Shown here in pieces: positions 49,663 through 60,915 of a stretch of DNA of 64,000 nucleotides. The DNA is from Chrysomallon squamiferum (lineage: Eukaryota; Animalia; Mollusca), in assembly GCA_012295275.1 (NCBI GenBank), contig CM022666.1:2542001-2606000 (forward strand), written 5' to 3'. The number at the start of each line of letters is the position of its first letter. The first letter of the stretch is position 1. The translations under genes were made by a program, and so were the position numbers. Under the pieces are notes generated by a model, which saw only the letters and a list, made by a program, of their open reading frames with translations, was not told the origin of the DNA and made no database searches.

Positions 49663-51909
49663 GTAAGTCAATACTTATTTATTTTTTATTTATTTATTTT
49701 ATTTATTTATTTTACAGAAACTATATAGTGACACATATTTAAGATTTTATCTTTTTGTATTTGTAATGACAACAACTTCAACTGTGTAATAAAACATAAT
49801 AGTAGGGGGGAAATAAAAACGAAAAAAGACACACGCTCAAACATGCATGCATATATACGTAATTCATACACACATACAAACATAGGTATAAATGTGAATA
49901 TGTTTGTACGCGCACGTGTTTGTGTGCATATGTAGGATAAAAAAAAAAGTAAAATAAATGTAAATAATAATTTTCTTCCGCACTTTAAAGAGTATAGTGC
50001 AGGTATCTCTAATAGGCTGAGATAGGAATTTGAATAACAGTTTGACAGCTAAATTGTTATTATTTCCTCAATAGGTTTAGATACCAAACCGTCGTTTACC
50101 TATGTTCCCAAATGAAGACATAGCACTTCCTATAAACTCTACTGTTACTCTGAAATGTGAGGCTTCCGGATCTCCCGTTCCAGCCATTAAATGGACAAAG
50201 GCAAAGGTATAATATTTTTAGCTTAATATGCTTTATTATTAACAAAGATTGATAGGCTGTAACAAGTATAATAACTGAACACAGAACCAAAGGTAGAGTT
50301 TAACTTAAAGTTTTTAAAACAAAAGGTGTAAAATAATAATATAGTTACAATATCACAATTAAATTATGAGAAGATTTTAATTACAATAAACTCATATTAA
50401 AACTGAATAATAATATTTTCAGAATGGCGGCGATATTCCATCATCATGGATTACCTCCCCTGGAATATTACATATTCAAAGATTTCAAAAAAGCGATGTT
50501 GGATTGTATAACTGTACAGCTGCAAACAGTTTAGGTTCCGTTTCACATGTTTCGAACGTAACAGTGCTAGGTAAAATATTTTGTTTTACATGTTGATAAC
50601 TTAGTTATGTGACAAAAAAAAAAAAAAAAAAGCGATCGCTATAGACGTATCATTTACTGAGAATACCCACATTTTGGTATCCAAAATTAAGTATCTGCTA
50701 TCCCAAATATTTGTATGAACTTTGGCAGACTGTGAGAGAAATTGATAATTTGTAACTTGTATGTTATTTAAAGTCCTGAGTAAGCTTAACTTAGTTACAC
50801 AACAATTATCTTGAAACGATAAACTTGTCTCTTGATTCTCTCTTGTTGTTTATCAAAGATCACCTGTCAAAAAACGAATACGGTGATGATGCTGAATATG
50901 TATTCTATGCCATGATATTTATTGTCTTTGAAAATATGTTTTAAAAAAAATAACTAAACTGAAACTGAAATGAGGGAAAGAGCCAAAAACGCCACAATTA
51001 TGCGGCAATTTTCCGATGCGGCGAAGTGACGGCTTTTGTCACGTGTCTAAGTTAACAACTTCGAAAACTTTGTGTAACGTATTCAAACCAGTCTAGTTGA
51101 TAAGGCGGGAAACAACTCTCTCTTAGCTTATTGTAATTTTTAAAATAAATATTTTATACAGAGTTGGAAAAAAATAAATGATTAATATTCGGCCACAATT
51201 CAGATGAAGTGGTGTGTGTATGTTTGTGTGATGTATCAAATTAAACTGTATCGATAGTGCTGAACGTTTTCTGTTACTCCACTTGTTAAAAGCATTAAAA
51301 CTTTCCTGTACTGGGTTTGTGATCTGACAGGGTTATTTAATTAAACTTTCAAAAACCAAATTCAAGATTATTATTATTATTATATATTTATTTATTTATT
51401 TTGATTATTGTTTTAATTTTATTTACATTTACATTTTATTATTATTGTTGCTACTTTCTATTTTATATATGACAATAATTTTATTATAATTCTAATTCTT
51501 CCATAAATATAAAGTTATTTAGGACATGACACTGGTCCTAAAAAAAAAATATAAAAAAAGTTATTGTTATTATTATTATCATTATATTATCATGGTATTG
51601 TTATTATTATTGTTATAGTTGTTACTATTGCTCTTACTACCATCATGCTTTTATAATCATATTACTTAATATTAAACATAGCTATAATTTTTATATCAAA
51701 CTGAAATAAAATATATAATAGTGCCTGTACAGCAAATAAATCTCTTTTTTTCTTTGTTTACTACTTAAAGCTGACCCTGTTTTTGTGAGGCCAGAACTAA
51801 CTGTTGTAAAAGCAGGATCTTCAGTAAGTCTAGAGTGCCAAGCCCCTAAAACAGCTAAATCAGTTCTCTGGACAACCCCTTATTCAGGTACATTTTTCTT
51901 TATGAGACT

Positions 51910-51958
<49 letters not shown>

Positions 51959-52560
51959 TGTGTGTGTGGGTGTGTCTATGTCTTGATGTATATGCATGTG
52001 ACTCTCACCATAAAGGTATATATATATATATGTATGTGTTATTGTATGTCTGCCTAACTGTTTGTATGTTTGTGTGTGTCTGTGTGTGTCTGTGTGTGTT
52101 AGTCCCAGGCCAACATTACCATACGAAATTATTAAATAATTTTAGTGGTTGCTATTTTTTCACTGAGTATATTTCTCAGCCAGGTGTGAATGACTACAAC
52201 ACCTTGTCAGTACTGATCCTAAAACCAATACCTATACTACTACTAATAATAAATATACATTTACTTAGGAGGACAAATGTCTGTCATTATTCGTTTTTAA
52301 AATTATACTAATTATACTAATTATCTGAAACACTTTCAGGAAACTTCACAGCAGCGAATATTGCCAAAGATCAAATTCACGTTGACGTGAATAATACTCT
52401 TCACATCGCACGTACAGACAAACAGCATCATGGAACATACTCGTGTGTTATGAAAGATGACGTCAGTTCTCTGACACTGAAAGCTCAGGTTTTAGTGAAG
52501 AGTAAGTAAATTTATATTCAAACAAACAACCTGCATCTGAATAAGGGAAGAAATAATCAA

Positions 52561-52603
<43 letters not shown>

Positions 52604-54466
52604 TATAGAAGATATACATTTATGCTTTGAAACCACTAAAATTTGACTTACCTATTACACACTGAAAACATTTCTACTTCTATGTGGCATCCATTTTAAG
52701 AAATCAAAACAAGAAAAGAAATGCAAAACCTCTACATAGACTACTCTATTTTATTTAATAGCAATAGATCTTAACTAAAACACCTTCCCATAGACAGCAG
52801 TGTGTAGTGTACTGTGTCGGAATGGGAAATAGATCAGCAAAGAGGACTGGAGCTGTGACCATTATTCTTATAATTTAGGAACCTTTCTCCACAGTTAGAC
52901 ATATAAGACATACTGCTAAATTTTATTCAATCTGTATTATGTTATATAATGTTACCTTAGAAAGAAAACTGGCAGTTTGGATCAAATACGCTTTGCATTT
53001 GGGATTCAAATTTATTACTTAAGATATTTAAATTGAAAATTAATATTATGATGCCATCTAAGAAGAGATGCAGATTTTATTTAGTAGATAAAAGAATATA
53101 ATTTCGTATGACGATCAAATGAATGAGGAAACATTTTTTGCCACCATTTATCAATTAATGTTAACAAATCTTTTATGTAGCCATACCCGAGTCTTTCAAG
53201 GAAGTGGTTGGAATGGTAAATAAGATATTTCTATGATCTTTTTTTTTTCTTTTTTCAGGACGACCTAAAATAACCACTACACCTGTTAGTCTCCAGGTTC
53301 TTGTGGGCGAGCGAGTCAGATTCACTTGCAAATCTGATACCTATCCCACACCTGTGATTGAGTGGTATAAAGAAAATCAAAACGGAACAACGACAAACTT
53401 GAAGAGTTACGTTGTTCAGGAAGGAACTATTGAAATACCAAGTGCCTCAGACACTGATGTTGGGATTTACAAGTGTATTGCGAAGAACACAGAAGGGTCC
53501 ACCATTGCCATAGCAACCCTGAATGTAATAAGTAAGCATGATTTGTTTTATTCACTTGTTACTGATTTATTGATTATGTATCTGTTTATTTAGTATTGGT
53601 TGATTGGCTAATTACATTTATTTGTTATTTGTTCATCTCAGTTTAAGTATTTGTTTATTGTTGTTGTTATTTGAATGGTGTGTGTGTGTGTGTTATTTCT
53701 TTTCAAAATGTGAATCTTCTTAAGCTATATGTAAAAAAAAAAATGGCCACTTTTCAAAATGTGTTCATTAAAGATAATTTCATTTTGTTTTAAAATTATT
53801 TTTTTGACAAATTTTGTTTCCATTTGTTAATTTTTAATTTTTTTCACAGGATTTAGTTCATTTTTTTTTATATCTTATTTTAGGTTCAAAGTTTGTTATT
53901 TAAATTTCCTGAAAAAGAAAACTTAAAATTCACATTTACTTTATTTTTTCATTAATTAATTTTTTATTTTTATTTTTATTTAATTATTTATTGTTTTTTT
54001 GTGTTCTTATTTTATTAGTTTGTTATTTCTAATTTCCTACCTAAATCAAAACTTAAAGATCATCATTTTTATTTATTTATTTTATTTATTTATTTATTTA
54101 TTCTTTATATGTATTTATATATTTATATATTTATATATTTATTTATGTATTTATCTATTTATTTATTTATCTATTCATTTATTTATTTATTTATCTATAT
54201 ATCTATTTATCTATTTCTTTAATTCTTTATTTATTTATTTATCTATTTACTGATTTATCTATTCATTTATTTATTTATTTATTTATTTATTTATCTATAT
54301 ATCTATTTATCTATCTATCTATTTCTTTATTTATCTATTTCTCTATTGATTTTTCAATTTATCTATTTATTTATTTATTTATCTATTTATTTATCTCTTT
54401 CTTTCTTTCTTTATTTATTTATCTGTTTATTTATTTATTTATTTATATATTTATTTATTTATATAT

Positions 54467-54505
<39 letters not shown>

Positions 54506-54804
54506 TCTGTTTATAAAAGCTAAACCGTACTTTGAAACCAGTCCACGAGATCAGCTGGTACAGATTGGTGATGATGTCACTTTACAGTGCCAGGCTAATG
54601 GAAGTCCTGTGCCTGTACAGAGATGGGAAAGATTTGGGAAACCCATGATTTTAGGTGAGTTCAAATCTTAATTCCTCAAAATAGCATCCATGAAACTATG
54701 TGCAATTTATTTATTTATTTATTTATTTATTGTCATGTTGTTGTGGTTGTTGCTATTATTATTATTATTGTCATCATTATTAATTAACATCATTGTTATT
54801 TATT

Positions 54805-54879
<75 letters not shown>

Positions 54880-55497
54880 GTCATCATTAATTAACATCAT
54901 TGTTATTCATTTATTTATTTTTACTTACTTACAAAATAGGAAGATAGTATTTTATAATTGAATTTCATCAAATAAAAGTATCTATTAGGTCTTATGTTCT
55001 AATGTACTTGTTTTAAACTGAATGACTTTTAAATATGCATGAAATGTAATAGGTCAGAAGATCAATCCCATTCCAGCCTATGCTCTTTGGCTTTCAGAAA
55101 ACCATGTCATCTGTTTTCCTGTTTATGGATCTGTGCACAGAAAAATAATACTTACTGCTACCAACAACAGTAAATCCATATAGTAGAAGATGCAGTTTCT
55201 CATAATCATTAATTTTATCTTGATTAAAAGTTAATAAATTTTACTATCAGTAGTATTATGTGTTAAGATGCCATGAAGTATTCATTTATTTTATTTTATT
55301 TATTTCAGAGAGCAACATGCAGCTGTTTCCAAATTTCACACTAGTAATCTCAAACATTCGGAATAATCAGCTAGGCGAGTACACATGCACTGCAAGAAAT
55401 GTAGGGGGACGTAACTCTACCACACTGGTTATCAGAAAAGGAGGTAGAAATGTTTTTGTTTTTTTAAATTCTTTCATCCTTTCTGTTGTTGTTGGTT

Positions 55498-55565
<68 letters not shown>

Positions 55566-55734
55566 TTGTTTGTTTGTTTATTTGTTAAGAGAAAAAAGTG
55601 CCAAATTTAAAAAAAAAAAAATTGGTTTATACTTTTAAGAGATTTTTTCCTTACTTTAAGACATTAATCTTTACTGATAATAAAGTATGAGCACAAAATA
55701 AGTAAACAACATAAGATGTGTGTGTGTGTGTGAG

Positions 55735-55765
<31 letters not shown>

Positions 55766-56479
55766 ATATGTGACTGTGTGTGTGATTACTAGAAATATTT
55801 AATTTTACTCAGCTGTCACTAAATGACTATTCTTTTCACGTTCTGACTTTCAGACATCTTTTTCACTGTGATACCAGCGAACTCAAGTGTCGAAATATCC
55901 CACGATGTTGTTCTGGGTTGCAACGCAGCATCAACAAACAAATCAAAACCAGTTATCAGCTGGACAAAGACTGGACCACAAGGAACGTCCACTGTACAGG
56001 AAGATGGCAGAGTGACCATCAAGAAAACAGGAGATCTCGTTATAAAAGCAAGAATGATTATGCATCAAAACTGTTTTTATATACATGGCACAAAATTTAA
56101 AAAAAAAATAAAAAAAATAAAAAAACACAGTTAAAAAGTATAATAATTTCACTTATTTTGAAAAATACTTTTACGTTTATTATTGAAAAAATATATATTT
56201 TTAATTGTTTATAAAATAAATAAATAATAAAAAAATAAAAAACAAAAGCACACAGATAAACAGAGTTTAAACAGAAAAATAGTGAGAAGTGGTTTGTCCC
56301 TCTAGACACATAAAGGCAAATTATTAAGAAAAGCATTATGACTCTTTTGCATAACCTTTTTATATATATTCATAATTTGAAATAGTTTGAAATAAAACAA
56401 TAAAATTTAAATTATTTACATTTTATTTACAACTATTTATTTATTTAATTATTATAATAATAATTATTATTATTATAAA

Positions 56480-56519
<40 letters not shown>

Positions 56520-59500
56520 GCCATCATCATTATAATTATCAATAATAAAAGGTCAGTCATAAATCTGTAATGTTGTTTATAATTTGTCTCACTTAGTGAA
56601 GAACATATTGGTTTTTTTATAGTAAACATTAAGAGTGGAGTAAATTTACATCTACATTGTTTAATGAATATCTATAATGCTGAAAATGTTTATATTTTGC
56701 CACTGCGGATTCAGAATTATTATATACTGATATCACAGCTGAATTAAATTGTTCAAAAAAAAAAGCACTCCATGTGTGATTTCTGCAACCACGTGTTTCT
56801 ATTTTGTATGTTTATTTTCTAGCAATCAAAATTTGACGATGAAGCTTGGTATGTGTGCACTGCAGAAAACAACGAAGGCAAAATATCGACAAAGAAAATC
56901 TTTGTGGACGTTCAGTGTATGTGTTAATATAAAATATGTGTAATTATTTTCTGCTACTTGCGTGTGTGTAAAATACGTTTTTGTTGGTTACGTTGGATGT
57001 TTGTGAATTGGGAATCTCAAACTGCGACGTAAATCTGAGAAACAGAGAAAGTTGATTTAATTCCTTTGTTATTATTATTATTTTATATATATTAACTTTT
57101 TTTTTAAACTTTTTTTTTTATTTATTTATATATATATATATTTTAATTATTATTTTATTATTATCATTTTTTTGACATTTGTTTATTTATTTGTTTGTTT
57201 ATATATTTATCTTTCATTTTTTTTATTCTTATTTTTTTTGTTGACATTTGTTTGTTGTTTATTTATTTATTTATTTATTATTCATTTTTTTATTCTTATT
57301 TTATTTTTATTTTTTTATTGAAGTTTGTTTGTTTGTTTATTATTGTTTAAAAAAAAAAATTATTATTAACATTTATTTTTTGGGAATTGTAATCATTTAT
57401 ACACGTAAATATTCAACATTTTCTAGATTACTATTTTTAATAAGTTTCACTATATATATATTTTTTTTTGTTTTTTTGTTCCAGATAAACCAAAAATTAT
57501 TGAACTGACAGGTCCCCCTCATCAAGTCACTTCTGGACAACTCATTTCACTGAAATGTAATGTCACTGGTGACCCAAACCCTGACATCAAGTGGAAATCG
57601 CCGAAAGGAATTGTTATAGCTTCCAACAGTTCACGTTACAGTGTCAATGAAGGCTTTTTAAATATTACATCTGCAAGCGTTGAAAATGATGCGGGTGAAT
57701 GGAAATGTCAGGCCTGCAATTTGATTGGCTGTGACAACTCAAGTGTAACTGTCCTGATAACAGGTGAATAAACAGTTTTTTGTTTTCAAATAATGTTTAG
57801 TTTTTTCACGTCTTAGAAATCTCTCTCTATTTCTGATTCTCTGGAAAAAAATAGTCTGTTATTCACCCTTTAAGTCAATTATTATTATTATTTTTTTTTT
57901 GTGTAATTCAAAGCTTACAAAGCTTACAAAGCTCACAAAGGATGCTATTAAATGATTTTTGTAATTCGTATAGTATCCAGTAACAAATGATTTTGCAGAT
58001 CACTTGAAAACATTTAAGTTTGATTTTTTTTTTTTTTCCAAGTTGAAAAATTTATATATGGCTTCACCACTACACATTCTCAGTATATTCTAGTGCATTC
58101 AGTTTTGCTAACATTTCTGGTTATTGTATTTGATCTAATATATTTCTGTGTTGTGAATTTTAAACTTAATTTCAGGAAAGCCCAGCATTCGAGCTATAGA
58201 AGCAACACGTAATGCATCTATGGTCAGGGTTAGGTGTGTTGCTGTAGGCAAGCCAGAACCAGCCATTAAGTATTTTTTGAATGGTACTGAAGTATCAGGT
58301 AGTACCAGGGGTCATCGTGTGCTTCGTGGGGTACTGTATATTGATGTCGTATCCCTGCTGGATCATTACAGCTGCACAGCTACGAATAAATATGGAAAAA
58401 CAGAAGAGCAGATGGGAAGTGAGTTATATCCCTTAATAACAATTATATTATAGTTATAATAAAAGTGTATATAGTAAAATTAATAACAAAAATTCACCGC
58501 AATAATAGTTTAATCACAGCTATTGGTACTAATAATAGCAGAAATGATGAGGTGATAATAATAATTTAGAAAAATTAGTAACTAGTAGCATAACAAATAC
58601 TGACAGCAAAGCTAATAAAAAAAATATTTTAATATTGTGAAATTAATAAAAGTATTAGTAATAATAGAAGATCAGTTTAATATTAAGAAAAATAAAGTAT
58701 TTATAGTATTACTAATTATAGAAATGATGAAAATGATACAAATAAGATTGACAGTGTTAATCATTATTGATGAATTCTTAGTGAAATGAATAAGATGTTG
58801 TGTCCCAAGTGAGACTGATCTTTTAATAAGATCATTATAATTTATACCATTCTAAAACTACTCCTTAAATATGTCTGATGAAAAAAACAGAAACAAACAC
58901 ACATGCACACTCACACATGCAGATGAAGGTTATATTTATATACGGTATTGATCTGGACAGTTGACAAAATAAAATTGTCAACAAAACAGTTATAGTAACA
59001 GTTAGAGAATATTATTTAATTTCTTGTTACAGAATTGTGTTTCTAAAGCAACAAGACAATTTAAATGAAACTGAAACAGTTTGCTAGGACAAATGTGTAT
59101 AGTTTAACAACAAGGGAGCAATGAACTGTACACTGGCTTAATGGAAAATTTTAGTCTAGCCTGTTTTCGACATAACTGATATTGAAATTAACCTTCGGGA
59201 CACAATTTTCAATAAGTAACCGAATTACGAAAAAGCTGCAGTTTGAATAAATAAAAGACGCTTACTTATAACTGAAGAGTATAAAAAAAAAAACCCAAAA
59301 AACAGTAAAGTTTGTGAGTTAAGGGTTGAATCATTCTGTCAACAAAACAGTTATAGTAACAGTTATAGAATATTATTTAATTTCTTGTCACAGAATTGTG
59401 TTTCTAAAGCAACAAGACAATTTAAATGAAACTGAAAAACTAGGACAAATGTATTTTAACAACAAGGGAGCAATGAACTGTACACTGGTTAATTAAAGCC

Positions 59501-60857
59501 TGTTTTCGACATAACTGATTTGAAATTCCGACACAATTTTTGTTGACTTTAAAAAGCTGCAGTTTGAATAAATAAAAGACGCTAACTTATAACTGAAGAG
59601 TATAAAAAAAAAAACCCAAAAAACAGTAAAGTTTGTGAGTTAAGGGTTGAATCATTCTGTTTAGTTCAGTTTAGTAACAGCAAAGAGTTTCTGTCAAAAC
59701 CATGCATTTTATAACTGTTCAGGTTATTAAACTTTTATCTGTTTGTTGACAGAATTAACAAATTTTACTTATTATGTTTTTAGTTCAGTTTAGTAACAGC
59801 AAAGTGTTTCTGTCAAAACCATGCATTTTATAACTGTTCAGGTTATTAAACTTTTATCTGTTTGTTCACAGAATTAACAAATATCATTTACTATGTTTTT
59901 AGTAACAGTTTAGTAACAGCAAAATGTCTATATCAAAACCAGACATTATATAACTGTTCAGGTTATTAAATTTTTATGTGGTTGTTCACAGAATTAACAA
60001 CTTTCACTTATTATTTTTCAGTAACAGTTTAGTAACATCAAAATGTCTATATCAAAACCAGACATTATATAACTGTTCAGGTTATTAAATTTTTATGTGG
60101 TTGTTCACAGAATTAACAAATATCACTTATTATTTTTTAGTAACAGTTTAGTAACAGCAAAGTGTTTCTGTCAAAACCATGCATTTTATAACTGTTCAGG
60201 TTATTAAATTTTTATGTGCTTGTTCACAGAATTAACAGCTTTCACTTATTTTTTAGTAACAGTTTAGTAACAGCAAAGTGTCTATATCAAAACCAGACAT
60301 TATATAACTGTTCAGGTTATTAAACTGTTATCTGTTTGTTCACAGAATTAACAAATATCACTTATTATTTTTTAGTAACAGCAAAGTGTCTCTATCAAAA
60401 CCAGACATTTTATAGCTGTTCAGGTTATTAAACTTTTATCTGTTTGTTCACAGAATTAACAAATATCACACATTAATGACGATGTTTTAATTGTCTCAGA
60501 GCCCCAAAAACCCAGTAAACTGGTGGCCACTGAAATCAAATCGAGAAACATTACTCTCAGCTGGAAAAGCAAATCAACAACAAACTTTACAACAGCATTT
60601 CAAACAGAGCACAGAGGATACGACAAACAGGTATGGAAGCGATCAGGTGCCAAGGAATCCGAAAAGACAACCGTATCGAATCTTTCGCCATACACAAAAT
60701 ACGTGTTTCGAGTGAGGCCTAGAAACGTATTTGGCGAGGGGCCAGTGAGTGAAGTTTCTGAAGTTTACCAAACTCTTGCTGAGGGTAGGTTTTTGCTTGT
60801 GAAGTTGTCTCTGAGGTTTGGAATCAGTGTTCATGTTTTTGTTTTGTGTGAAGAGCA

Positions 60858-60915
<58 letters not shown>

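Noticed and set aside
53181-53215. Possible 35-nt micro-exon (tag|...ATG|gtaaat) before Ig3
   Set aside because: It breaks phase and leaves only a 43-nt intron; read-through hits TGA.
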